A DNA stretch of 64,000 nucleotides, from NCBI GenBank assembly GCA_964016885.1, contig OZ024741.1:108190001-108254000 (forward strand). Direction: 5' to 3'. Origin of the DNA: Eledone cirrhosa (Eukaryota). Position numbers and translations under genes: made by a program. Under the pieces are notes generated by a model, which saw only the letters and a list, made by a program, of their open reading frames with translations, made no database searches and had not been told where the DNA came from. Positions 39,342 to 51,270 of the stretch are shown in pieces (the stretch's first letter is position 1; every line of letters begins with the position of its first letter).

Positions 39342-39609
39342 GAAACAGCGAGTGGGTTTGAAATTATTAGAAATGTAAGCTATCGCCGTATTTTGACTAA
39401 AGAAATTAAAGAAATTATTTACCCTGATAGAACCCTCGGAGAAATGGAAAAAGATGAGTATTGACTTACATGTACGTCAATACTCATCTTTTTCCATTTC
39501 TCTGAGTGTTCTTAACCCCACTATCAGGGTAAATAATTTTTTTAATTTCTTTAGTCAAAATACGGCGATAGCTTACATTTCTAATAATTTCAAACCCACT
39601 CGCTGTTTC

Positions 39610-39652
<43 letters not shown>

Positions 39653-39695
39653 CGTATGTATGTATATATATGTGTATATATATATATATATATAC

Positions 39696-39700
<5 letters not shown>
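39255..39700. repeat. Family G zero-spacer palindrome
   Basis: Centre TACA|TGTA at 39470/39471; unfolded relative at 37781-38090. Confidence 0.88.
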
Positions 39701-39775
<75 letters not shown>

Positions 39776-39783
<8 letters not shown>

Positions 39784-40830
39784 GACGTAAAATAAGAACA
39801 TTTTAAAAATTAAAAATTAACTTACTTACTAAAATTTTCACTCCAACTAATTAGTTTCTGTAATGGGATAAAGATAGTTACGCAATGTAACCATCGAGAA
39901 TTAGGGACTCATATAAAAATAATAATTCGGTGGATGGAACAGCTAGCGGGGACTAAATTCCATAGCACTGAAAAAGTTCACTGTCTCTGGCCAAGTGGCA
40001 GATTCTAAAGAATCAATCACGTGACACTGAGGCTAGTCAGTGGGAGTGGGATGGTATAATGACAAGAGCTTACTACTACTACAATGACTTAGTAGTGGAT
40101 TTGGCAAGTTTGCTCAACAAATAAATAATTTGGAGATAAATATAGAGAATTAGTATATTTACCAACATATGCGTACAGATGTACACTAATGCTAGCAAAT
40201 ACACAAGTTATGTCATAGTACCTATGTGGTTCAATGCAGGAGGATGCAGAACAATTATATGAAAGACGTAAAATAAGAAAATTTTAAAGATTAAAAATTA
40301 ACTTGCGACTAAAATTTTCACTCCAACTACTTAGTTTCTGTAATGGGATAAAGATAGTTACGCAATGTAACCATCGAGAATTCATTACGTCATCAGGGAG
40401 TCTATTCTCAGCTAAGTCTCCAGGCAATGCGCGGACACTAGGGACTCATATAAAAATAATAATTCGGTGGATGGAACAGCTAGCGGGGATTGAATTCCAT
40501 AGCACTGAAAAAGTTCACTATCTCTGGCCAAGTGGCAGATTCTAAAGAATCAATCACGTGACACTGAGGCTAGTCAGAAGGAGTGGAATGGTATAATGAC
40601 AAGAGCTTACTACTGCTACAATGACTTAGTAGTGGATTTGGCAAGTTTGCTCAACAAATTTTAGTAAGTAAGTTAATTTTTAATTTTTAAAATTTTCTTA
40701 TTTTACGTCTTTCATATAATTGTTCGGCATCCTCCTGCATTGAACCACCTAGGTACTATGGCATAACTTGTGTATTTGCTAGTATTAGTGTACATCTGTA
40801 CGCATATGTTGGTAAATATATTAATTCTCT
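39776..40830. mobile_element. Family H: ~1.8 tandem units (~540 bp) plus inverted arm
   Basis: Direct repeat at 39776/40257 (first copy has a ~58-bp deletion); 40658-40830 is inverted. Confidence 0.8.
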
Positions 40831-41135
40831 CTCTCTATATATATATGTATTTATATATATAAATATGTATATATATATATATGTATTTATATGCATGTAT
40901 GTTTATATATATATATATCCCGTCTGACCTGCTTGAATTTCTTTCCTCTCTCAATGTTCTCGCAGCTCGGACGTGTCTATTTCTACTCGTCAATTTGATA
41001 TGTCGGGCTTATGCCCGCGCGATTCATTGACTTGTCTCTAATTTTCCTCTCTTTTCGTTGCATCGCCAACATGTGTTTATTTTCTTCCCTCCGTTATCCG
41101 ACTGAGCCGATAACTTAATTGAGTTATCGCTCGCA

Positions 41136-41200
41136 CTGATTTTAGGTATAGTCTTTAATGCGTCGAAATACCAACGATAAATCAGAAGACTACTGAAGAG
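41136..41200 (+). ncRNA. Rearranged hammerhead-like motif with a 2-nt deletion at the cleavage site
   Basis: CTGATTT-TA-GGTA-TAGTCTTT-aatgcgtC-GAAA-TACC-AAC-GAT-AAATCA-GAAGACTA-CTGAAGA-G. Confidence 0.62.
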
Positions 41201-41269
41201 GACATTTTAACCCTTGTCTATTTTTATTGCAGCCCGCAATTTTTCATTCATATATATTCTGAATTTGTT

Positions 41270-41938
41270 TAGCAAGATTCTTTATCTGAAAACGTGTGTT
41301 GAAACCGACATTGTTATACTTTGGGCGGGTCATGTTGCCAATAAGAAACACACGCACCAGTTGCTTTCACTCCAATTTATTATAAATTAAATTTATAAAA
41401 TTAAGAATTTATAAATTTCCGGTTGGTTGGTTGGTTCCACAACCGGACAGTTGTTCATATATCGTCAAAGTTCTTTCGTCACACATTATGTGACCTCTTC
41501 AGTGACTGGAGATTATTTTCTTTGTTTTGTGCCTCTCCTTTGTTCTGTCCTACGCCATCTTGTTTTTGTGCGTGTTGTGTGCTTAGTTTGCGCATGTGTC
41601 TGTGTGTTTTTATTTATTTATTTATTTGTTTATTTACATGTTACTGGTTGGTTGTTTCTTCTATGTGTGTGTGTATTTTCATTTTGTCCTTAATTGTATG
41701 TTGTGATGTTGCTGTTCCACTCATGTTTCCTATTTAATTTTGGTTGTAATTCATTTATGTTTATTGCCTCTGTGATTTGTCTAAACATTGCGTCTTTTCT
41801 GTGTGTAGATTCTATTTTTATTTCTATGTTCTCTAATTTGCCCTTATGTTCTAATTTAGCATGTTGGTGGAGTATTGATGATTCTTTTTTATCTTGAAGC
41901 TCGCGCCAGTGTTCATTTAACCGTTTTCCTATACTTCT
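41270..41938 (-). mobile_element. PLE 3' fragment (same family as 35688-36895)
   Basis: GIY-YIG tail (LNEHWREL..LHQHA..LNRKHEWN) plus terminal repeat. Confidence 0.85.
41464..41506 (-). ncRNA. Minimal hammerhead
   Basis: GTCA-CTGAAGA-G-GTCAC..GTGAC-GAAA-GAAC-TT-TGAC. Confidence 0.75.
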
Positions 41939-42917
41939 GCTCAACTTACCCTCTTCATCACAATGACTCCACACTTACTAATACCAAATTGCATACATAT
42001 ATCATTGCTGAAAATACGGACAGTGTCAACAAGCACATCCAACTCCTTCTCACTCTTCCCGAAGAGCTTAAGATCGTCCATGAAGAGGAGGTGATTGATG
42101 GTAAGCCCTCCCTTTCCCAACCTGTATCCTGCTCTCACTTTTCGCAGTACACTGGTCAGGGGCATCAGGGCATGGACAAACAACAGAGGGGACAGACTAT
42201 CTCCCTGGAAGATACCTCTCTTGATCTTCACGCTTCCCAAGGATTCTCCAGTTGATGTTAACTCTGTTTCCCAGGACTTCATACTTTTGCCCAACAACTG
42301 TTTGATGTTATCTGCCACCTTGAAGATCTCCAGACTTTTGGTGATCAAAGAATGAGGCACCATGTCAAATGCCTTTTTGTAGTCTATCCATCCCATAGCA
42401 AGACCAGTGTGTCTCGTCTTGCAATTCCTCATTACCATCTTATCAATAAGTAACTGTTCCTTTGTACCACGTGACTTCTTTAGGCATCCTTTCTGTTCGT
42501 CCGGTAACAAGTTGTTTGTGTGGAGGTGATGGTAGATTTCCTCAGACATAATGCTTTTCAACAGTTTCCACATTACGGACAGACATGTGATAGGTCTATA
42601 GTTGGTAACATCATTACCCTTGATTCGGTCTTTCATTATCAGAACTATGGGATGACTTTGTTTACCTTAGCTGTTGTTTCTTTTAACTTTTTCCTGTCTA
42701 CATATCTTAGGTTCATAGGTCTCCCACTATCATTGTTCAATTCATCTACCACTAAGTTTAGGATATCAACCAAATCTTGTCCTAGCCCGTCATCATTCAT
42801 CTCCTCAGTGGGCGTATCTCTGTTCCAGGTATTATTTATCTCAGCATTCAGATCATTGTCTGCTTCGGGTGGTTCCTCCGTTCTCTCGACCTCTTCACCT
42901 TCATTTCCCACTGGCTC
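41939..42917 (-). mobile_element. R4/Dong-clade RT fragment
   Basis: NYRPITCL, EQKGC, WIDYKKAFDMVPH, GIFQGDSLSPLLF, HLLFMDDLKLF. Confidence 0.85.
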
Positions 42918-42957
42918 GTTATTATTATTATTATTATTATTATTATTGTTATTGTTA

Positions 42958-43032
42958 TTCCTTGAATCTCAGTCATTGATGTTGGTTAACTGGAAAGTCC
43001 GTTGGATTGAATATCAAGCCACTACCTGCAGC

Positions 43033-43036
<4 letters not shown>
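42958..43036 (-). mobile_element. Short R4/Dong 3' UTR inside (TTA)n
   Basis: Reverse complement of 13690-13765. Confidence 0.8.
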
Positions 43037-43128
<92 letters not shown>

Positions 43129-43336
43129 GGCGACCTACGTAGTACATCGTATCATCGTGAGCTCCGCAAAGGTTTGTTATTTCCGTTTGTTAAAAATTAC
43201 CATTTATGGAAAATTTTATTGTTAACTGTTTATAAGCACACATACATTGTTTTCCGAAAAGGACACCCAAAAAGATTGGGGCCTTGTGCCCAAAATTTTA
43301 ACTTTTATTATTATCCAAAAATTTCTTTGAAAAAAA

Positions 43337-45330
43337 ATGGCTAATTCCCCTCTGCACGAAGCAGCTGAAAGCCTTCCTCACAAAATAATACCTCACACCG
43401 ACACCACCATTGTAAATGTTACTACGTTTGCCAACACAAAAAAAAATATAAGCAGTAGCAATATTTTAAATTTGTCTCAGGCAGACATTCATTTCCCGCC
43501 ATTACCAATGACTGCAGGTGTTAAAGCCTCCACCACCACCACCACCGTGACAACCACCACCCCCACCACCACCGCGACAACAGAAACAAAAGAAGAAAAA
43601 AATAAATTAACTCGTGATGTCGAAATGAAATCAAGCAAAATGGACTCTTCCGCATCAAAGACGAATGACGTCACCACCACCACAACTGAAACAAAAATTA
43701 AGATTAACACAAATAACGATAGCAACAACAACAACAACAATGACATTATAAAACCGACCCTCAGTTTCGCCATCGTAGCAAAACAATTCGAAGCGTTCAC
43801 GGTAACTCAAGAAGATTTAGAAAATGCCAAACAAGTGGTAAAGAAAGATGGGTACAGGGTCAGCCTCCCCCCCCCACCTAATAAAATGGAGCATCGGCGC
43901 CTGTGCACCGTGTCGTATAGAACAATAAATGTAAAATCGCGCCGAGTGGAACGGGCATCCGAGTCCCAAATCCAAAATGCTTTGGGACATGTGTGGGCAA
44001 GAAAAACCCACATCAGACGTGGGCAAAAGTATGGAACCGTGGATGTGTTCTTTGAAACACCAGAGGAGGCTAGAGAACACTCCATGGCCCCATTAAAAAG
44101 TGACGACCTCACACTCGTCCCAAGCTATTGTGGCCAGAGACTCGTAAAGATCAGGGTGACCCACGTTCCACCGGCCATCGAAATTCCCTGGCTAATAGCG
44201 GCTGTCCTCGCCGGCATCGAAGCCAACACGAAAATAATAGCAGTAGCAAAAGAAAAGCAGGAAAACTGGTCCGGATCTGGGATGGAGCTCCTGATCCAAG
44301 CGGACCAAAAAAGCATTGAGGAGATCCCAGAGGTAATAGACCTCACTGACGGCAGCCACCTCACGGTAATTGACGAGGGCAGAAGACCTAGGTGTGTCGT
44401 TTGTGGTGAAGGAACCCACCTAAGGGCTTTCTGCCCTCAGGCTAAAAGGTTGAGGCCACCTCTCCTACCCACCCCAGTAACACAACCATCAACACCACCA
44501 GTAGCAGAGATGGCAGCAACAACTGTAGCAGCAACAACAGAAGCAACTATAACAGCAACAACCCCAGCAACAGTAGCAAAACCAACACCACTACCACCAC
44601 CAGCAAAACCAACACCACCACCACCCAACGCTTCAGAACTAGCACCAGCGCCTACACCATCCACCACACCACAACCAAAACTAACGGTTGTGGAGGATTT
44701 TCCACTCCCCGGCCTATCACAACTGGAGACAGATTGTGACGACGAGGAGTGGGAAACGATATCCGGAAAAAAAAAGAAACCCCCCCAAAAAAATTCTCTT
44801 CCTTCCCCTCCAAAAACAAAATACAGAGGGAAACAAATAAACTAAGAAACAAAAAAGTTAGGACAGATATGCCACCATACACACCAGCATCACCAACCCC
44901 ATCAACCCAAACACCAACACCATCACCATCATTAACTCCAACACCACCATCACCTACACCACAAAAGTCACCAAAATGCGAAACAGAAACAAACCCACAA
45001 CAAACGCAAACAAAACAAAACAACCAAAACGATACACACTACACAGCATTAAATTTGAACAACAAGCAATTATTACACTACATCCAACACAACACCAGCA
45101 TCACAGAAAAAGACTACACAAGAACCCCAAAATTCACACCACCTCCACACATACAAATCACTCGCATCACACAGAAAACGTACATGACACTAAAACAAAA
45201 ATTCCCCAAAGACATCGGAGACTTCCGACAAGCACTCTCCAGGAGAATTTATAAGGACGTCCTTCCTGAGGAGGCCACAAGCAGTGAAAAGGATGGAAAA
45301 GCCGTCCTTCCCCTACGAGAAGTAAGGTAA
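43337..45330 (+). CDS. ORF1 (gag-like, CCHC knuckle), split by a -1 frameshift near 44760-44845
   Basis: CVVCGEGTHLRAFC knuckle. The two halves (43337-44845, 44749-45330) are one frame in the copy at 17511-18518. Confidence 0.8.
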
Positions 45331-45364
45331 GTGGTCTTTCCCATCTTTTCCACTCCTTTTCAAC

Positions 45365-48300
45365 ATGACCTCACTCAGAATAGGCAGCATAAATGCGCGT
45401 GGCTTGGGGTCGTCATGGAAGCAGGGCCACCTGCTCAACGATCTCAGGTCACTAAACATAGATGTAGTGGCCATCAGCGAGACCAGAATCTCCGAAGCAC
45501 AGGCTTTCGCACCGATCTTCGGCGGCTACGATGTGTACGCATCTCCCAGCCGTCCGGGATCGGGGGGAGGAGTTGCTGTGCTTTTTCGGAGAGGTTTGGA
45601 TCTTGCCATACGGGCCATCTTCCTGGACCCAGAAGGTAAGTTGGTGGTGCTGGACGTGACCAGCGGAGACGGGCAAGCTTTCAGGTTAGTGGCCGTCTAT
45701 GCCCCGACAGGAGCAGGGCGGCCTGATTTCTTCCGGCGTCTGGAGACCTTTCTTGGAACGTCCCGCTCTTTAGTGTTAGTGGGCGACTGGAACGGGATCT
45801 TAGATGCACGCTGGGATTGTGTGGGATTAGTGGATAGGGAAGGAGGGTGCAAGAGTCTCACCAACCTGCTCAGACGTTTTGAACTGTCTGACAGGTACCG
45901 AATGGATTTCCCGAATGTACCAATCTGGACTTGGACAAATCGCATAGGGTCATCCAGATCATATCTAGATAGAGTATTTTGTAGGGAAATAGATGGATCT
46001 AGCATAGGCTGTCCACAATTCAAGATAGTCAGCTACACGGACCACAAATTCGTGATCTGTGTGCTTGACTTAGATAGGCTTCATAGACGAGGACCCGGCT
46101 ACTGGAAGCTAAACGCGTCCTTACCAGCGCGCAAGGCCTACAGAGACCGGATTAGCGAACTAGTTAAGCGGGCGTTGATGGGGGCCATCGTCAACAACAA
46201 GTGGTGGTTTGCTCTGAAAAGAGCAATTAGAATAGAGTCCATTAGGTTTAGTAAGACTTTAGCAATAGAGAAAAATAGAGCAGAGGGAGAATTAGTTAGA
46301 AAATTAGATGAGGCGCTTAGCAAAGGCATCGCGACCGACGTACTTGCGGCGAAATTGGCCCTTGACCAATTCTTCAATGCAAAGCACGAAGGCTGCGTTG
46401 TCAGATCTAGGGTGCGTGCTCTCAGACACGAGGGGACGAAAGCCGTTCAATGGGCCCGAGTGGCGGAGGCGCGTCGTGGCAACAAAGCCACGATCCGGTC
46501 TTTGGTGGACCACGATGAGCGCATGCTACTCGATCCCGGGCAAATGTGTGAAGCTTTTCAGCGACACTTCGCTCAACTGTTCGGGGGCAGTGGCGGGCCG
46601 GATCGAGGGATGGACTTTAGTGTCTACCTCGACGGACTGCCGCGGCTTTCGGCCACTGAGGCGGAGTGTTGCGAAAAGCCGATAACAACCGCTGAAGTAC
46701 GGGATGCAATGACTAGTTGCACAAGGGGTAAATCGCCTGGTTTGGATGGTCTGCCCTATGAACTTTACGTACAAATGCCAAACTTGTTCGGAGGCCTCTT
46801 GGCGGACGTCTACTGCAACTGGCAACAGAACGGGAAAATTCCCAGCTCTGTGAGCCGAGGAGCGGTGGCGCTGCTGAGAAAGGATCCGAACAAGGGGGGT
46901 AACATAGATAATTTTAGGCCCATAACTCTGCTAAACGCAGAGTTCAAGATTTTGGCCAAGGTGCTAGCAAAGAGGTTGGCGCTTGTCGTTGGTGGTCTGG
47001 TGGGAGAGGCACAGACATGCGCCATTCCCGACAGATCCATCCACGACAACCTCCACCTCATGCGATACATCGTAGAGAGGGTAGCTAGGGAACCTGGCAC
47101 GGGTGGGTCTTTGATCAATTTAGATCAGTCGAAAGCCTTCGATAGGGTCGACCATCGTTACCTAACGGCAGTCCTGAGGGCGGCTGGCTTTGGGCCCGTC
47201 TTCAGAGGCTGGATCGCTGCCATGCACAGCGACATCTGCTCTGTAGTGAGAGTGAACGGTCACCTTTCGGAACCGTTCAACATCATGCGCTCGGTCCGCC
47301 AAGGATGTCCCCTCTCGTCCCTATTGTACGTATTGACTCTCGAGCCATTACTGCACAAACTGGAGACGTTGAGGGGGGTCCCGCGCGAACTAGGATGCGG
47401 AAGATCCGTGTCAGCATATGCCGACGATGTCACCGTAGTGGTGTCGAACGCCAAACACATCGAGGCGATCGGCACTACACTAAGAGAATACGAAGCGGTG
47501 ACAGGAGCAATGATCAACCAGGAAAAGTCAGTGGGCCTGCAGCTCGGCACCAGGAGAGGCAGGTCCATGCCGTCCAACAGCGTCGTCGGGCGCTGGACGG
47601 ACGGACCGGTTAAATTGCTAGGGGTCTGGTTCGGTCCAGACCTCCAGACGGACAAAAACTGGGACGAGGTGACGAGCAGGGTGGCTTCTCTCACCCAGAA
47701 ATGGGCCGAGAGGAAGCTATCCCTGAAAGGTCGAGCGGAGGTGGCGAATGCGTACATCGCATCCGTCATCTACTACCGCTTGACCGTCGTACCTTGTCCT
47801 AAGCCCCGCCTGACTGCGCTGGAGCGTTTGCTCTTTCGCTTCTTGTGGAAGGGACGCGCTCCGATGGTCAGGCGGTCCATCTGCTGTCAACACCCGCTAC
47901 GTGGAGGGCTGGGCATGCCGTGGCTGATGATGCGCAGACACGCGCTCAGGCTACGACATCTCCACCTCTTCCTAGACGGTGATCAGGTGTGGTCGCCGTT
48001 TGCAAGACACGTTTTTCCCCAGCTCGTCTCCTTGACGGAGCTGCAGTCCTGGGTCAAGCGAAGACCGAGAGGGAGCGCTTGGAGACTGGAATGTCTTCAG
48101 GCGCTCACAGCCCTCGACCAATCGGGCAATGTGATCGGTGGAAACTCTACCTTGGCGTTCTATAGGGGATTAGTGGAGGGGAAGAGCGACGACGTACTTG
48201 GAGAAACTCTAGGCGTCGACGAAAATCAACTAGCCAATCTCTTCGGAAGGACTTTCGGGCCGGGGCCTATGGACAACTTCCAGAAATCCCTGGCCTGGCA

Positions 48301-48784
48301 GTGCTACCGAGGAGCTTTGCCAGTTCGGGATAAACTCTACAGGCATGGAGGTGCCGTCAGCCGGGCATGTCCGAGATGCGCGCAGGGCGACGAAACCGTC
48401 CTGCACGCACTCGTCCAGTGTCCGAGCATTGCTGACTTGTGGGTTTATGTCGAACACCTGCTGTCACGTGTAGGACGGATCCGGCTATCAGCTGAGTCCA
48501 TCGTGAGGATTGCCCCGCCCCCTTCCTTTAGCCTGGAAGGGCAGGCAGTTTTTATCTGTCTGGTGGCCATGGCGAAAGAGATAGTATGGTGGCCACGTTT
48601 GAAAGGGCTGAAGACGAGCACTTACCTCTTCGGTGATGCCCTGATTAACTTTTTCAAATTTCATTTGAAAAGGAAAATCAGGGTAGAGAGGGAAGTGCTC
48701 TCTTCCCAGCATTTTGTTGAAAGATGGGTGAGAGAAGCAAGTATGGCCCGAATGAATGGGCCTTCTCTGAGTATGTGTCTGTAA
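45365..48784 (+). CDS. ORF2: APE endonuclease + RT + C-terminal zinc finger, intact 1139 aa
   Basis: SINARG, SET, VYAP, GDWN, LDR, TDH; KSPGLDG, FRPITLLN, DQSKAFDRV, RQGCPLS, YADD; CPRC..H....C. Confidence 0.96.
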   Translation: MTSLRIGSINARGLGSSWKQGHLLNDLRSLNIDVVAISETRISEAQAFAPIFGGYDVYASPSRPGSGGGVAVLFRRGLDLAIRAIFLDPEGKLVVLDVTSGDGQAFRLVAVYAPTGAGRPDFFRRLETFLGTSRSLVLVGDWNGILDARWDCVGLVDREGGCKSLTNLLRRFELSDRYRMDFPNVPIWTWTNRIGSSRSYLDRVFCREIDGSSIGCPQFKIVSYTDHKFVICVLDLDRLHRRGPGYWKLNASLPARKAYRDRISELVKRALMGAIVNNKWWFALKRAIRIESIRFSKTLAIEKNRAEGELVRKLDEALSKGIATDVLAAKLALDQFFNAKHEGCVVRSRVRALRHEGTKAVQWARVAEARRGNKATIRSLVDHDERMLLDPGQMCEAFQRHFAQLFGGSGGPDRGMDFSVYLDGLPRLSATEAECCEKPITTAEVRDAMTSCTRGKSPGLDGLPYELYVQMPNLFGGLLADVYCNWQQNGKIPSSVSRGAVALLRKDPNKGGNIDNFRPITLLNAEFKILAKVLAKRLALVVGGLVGEAQTCAIPDRSIHDNLHLMRYIVERVAREPGTGGSLINLDQSKAFDRVDHRYLTAVLRAAGFGPVFRGWIAAMHSDICSVVRVNGHLSEPFNIMRSVRQGCPLSSLLYVLTLEPLLHKLETLRGVPRELGCGRSVSAYADDVTVVVSNAKHIEAIGTTLREYEAVTGAMINQEKSVGLQLGTRRGRSMPSNSVVGRWTDGPVKLLGVWFGPDLQTDKNWDEVTSRVASLTQKWAERKLSLKGRAEVANAYIASVIYYRLTVVPCPKPRLTALERLLFRFLWKGRAPMVRRSICCQHPLRGGLGMPWLMMRRHALRLRHLHLFLDGDQVWSPFARHVFPQLVSLTELQSWVKRRPRGSAWRLECLQALTALDQSGNVIGGNSTLAFYRGLVEGKSDDVLGETLGVDENQLANLFGRTFGPGPMDNFQKSLAWQCYRGALPVRDKLYRHGGAVSRACPRCAQGDETVLHALVQCPSIADLWVYVEHLLSRVGRIRLSAESIVRIAPPPSFSLEGQAVFICLVAMAKEIVWWPRLKGLKTSTYLFGDALINFFKFHLKRKIRVEREVLSSQHFVERWVREASMARMNGPSLSMCL

Positions 48785-49139
48785 ATTAAAGGTGGAAAAC
48801 TGGGAGAGGGCACTTGCCCTGGTGGTCAGGGCCACTGTGGTCTTTTAATGGGCTTTCTCCACAAATGTCCCTTGGAAGTCTCCCCACTATTGGGGAATTT
48901 TTCTTTGTTATTTTATTTCAACCTCTGTTTTTTTACACGCAGAAATGCCCATTTGTACCGTCCTGTATTGTCCTGTACTGTCCTTAATGTCTACTTTATG
49001 TGAACCCTTGTGGTTAATAAAGAAAACATTATTATTGTTGTTATAATATCATTATTATTATTGTTACTATTATTATTACTTTTTTTTAATCTTTTCTCAA
49101 TTCAATGATGTTCCAAAACAATATAAGATAGATAATTGC

Positions 49140-51270
49140 CAATAAGGGTTCTGGAATAAAAGAGATAATTGGCAATAAGGGCAGGCGCCCCAGGTTATCA
49201 CAGTCTGGGCCCGCTCGTCATCGTGCCACTGTAATAGAGCCAAACAAGGCATTTAGTCTTGGCTGCTGGAACGTACGACGCTGCTTGATAGGGATTCCTT
49301 GGAACGTCCTGAACGAAGGACCGCTCTTGTTGCAAAGGAGCTTCGACGTTACGATCTTGACATCGTAGTTTCAACTGAGACGAGGTTAGCTGGAGATGGT
49401 CATCTTACAGAATTTTGTGGAAAATATACATTCTTCTGGAAAGGAAGAGATGAAGAAACCAGAAGAGAGGCTGCAGTAGCATTTGCTATTAAGACAGTTC
49501 TTGTGAATAAATTAGAAGAATTCCCAGTAGGGATTAGTGAGCGTCTTATGTCCATGAGAATTCCGCTGGACAAAGGAAGATATGCAACCCTGATGAGTGT
49601 ATATGCTCCAACTATGAATTCTGTCGATGAAGAAAAAGTGTCCTTTTACCATGCCTTGAAAGGTGTTTTAAGAAATATCCCTCAGGCAAGCAAAGTCATC
49701 GTGCTTGCTGACTTTAATGCTAGAGTGGGTAGGGATTTTAACACATGGAATGTAATCCGAAGGTATGGGGTGGGAAAGTGTAACAACAACGGTATGCTCT
49801 TGCTGCAGATGTGTGAGGAGCTGGATCTGTGTGTTACCAACACCATGTTCCAACAAAAGAACAAATTTAAGACTACATGGATGTATCCTGCATCTAAGGA
49901 ATGGCATCTTTTGGACTATGTCCTACTCAGGATGTGCAATGTGTTCGTGCTCTTCGTGGAGCTGCGTGCTGGCCGGTCACCGTCTGGTACGCGCAAAAGT
50001 GTAACTAATCACAGAACGTAAAATCCGGGCTCCTGGTGTGGCCCTGCCCAGAAGATTGAATGCTGCTCGTCTTATGGATAAAAATGTGAAGAGGACATTG
50101 CGAGAAGAGACGTAGGTTGCAGATCTTGGTGAGGATTGGTCGACCCTTAAAAAGTCGGTTTATGATGTAGGTAGGCGTATTCTGGGATTGGTGCAGAGAA
50201 AATATCAATACTGGTTTAATGAGAATTATGAACATATAGAAGACTTGTTGGCTGATAAGAGGTGTGCTCCGTCATGCTACTTGACGGCAAAACCACAGGA
50301 GAAGAATATGTTGCATAAGAAACTCAAGGATGTGAAATCACGTGTTAGGCGGTGTTTTTCTCAGATGAAGGATCAGTGGTGGAGTGAGAAGGCTGATGAG
50401 ATACAAACTGCGTCAGATTCCAATAACACAAAGCTGTTGTACAGTCTCTTGCGGGAAGTTTATGGACCATCTGGTTCTCTGGTGACACCTCTTCGCAGCA
50501 AGGATGGCAAAGATCTTCTTCGTGACTCACAAGGAATTCTACGAAGGTGGCGAGAGCACCTTCATGAGCTTTTGAATCAGCCGTCTGTCGTCAATGAAGA
50601 TTTCCTCAATCTCATTCCAGAAAGTTCTGTGAAAGTAGCTCTCGCAGAACCTCCGACGCTTGCGGGGGTTGCAGTGGCTATCTCGAAGCTGAACAGTGGA
50701 AGGTCTCCAGGTATGGATGGCATATATGCTGAGCTCATACAATATGGTGGTGAGAGACACCTGCAACATCTTCACTCTTTGTTTGGCAGGATATGGGCTA
50801 ATGAATCCGTACCTGAGGACTGGAGAGATGCAGTAATGGTGGTCTTGTACAAGGGAAAGGGTAACAGGTATGATTGTGGGAACTCCAGAGGTATATCATT
50901 GCTTTCTGTCGTAGGGAAAGTTTTATGTAGGGTGCTTCTGGACTGTCTGCTGACACACATTGCAGATTGTGTTCTTCCTGAAAGTCAATCTGGTTTTCGT
51001 GCTGGACACGGCACTTCTGATATGATCTTCTCAGCTAGACAGCTCCAAGAGAAGTGCATCGAACAAGGTTTGGATCTGTATCAGGTTTTTGTCGATCTGA
51101 CAAAAGCTTTCGATACTGTTAACATAAATGCATTATGAAGGTTCTCCAGAAACTTGGTTGCCCAAATAAGTCCCTTGCTTTAGTTAGGTCTTTCCATGAC
51201 GACATGAAGGCTTAGGTTTATGTCGGAGGTAACATGTCGGAGCCTATCTCAGTAAAAAATGGAGTGAAAC
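49140..51270 (+). mobile_element. Decayed RTE/BovB-like LINE (EN + RT N-half)
   Basis: RPERRTALVAKEL, VYAPT, DFNARVG, RGISLLS, PESQSGFR, FVDLTKAFDTV. Confidence 0.9.

Larger units (their letters stand above)
43129..49027 (+). mobile_element. Full-length Tx1/L1-clade LINE in (TTA)n
   Basis: 5' GGCGACCTACGTAG; 3' AATAAAGAAAAC followed by (ATT)n; ORF1 + ORF2. Confidence 0.95.

Noticed and set aside
43129-43200. Possible HDV-like ribozyme at the Tx1 5' end
   Set aside because: I could not build the nested double pseudoknot by eye.
45331-45639. 102-aa frame directly after the ORF1 stop, present in both Tx1 copies
   Set aside because: It overlaps the conserved ORF2 and the copies are too similar to show independent constraint.
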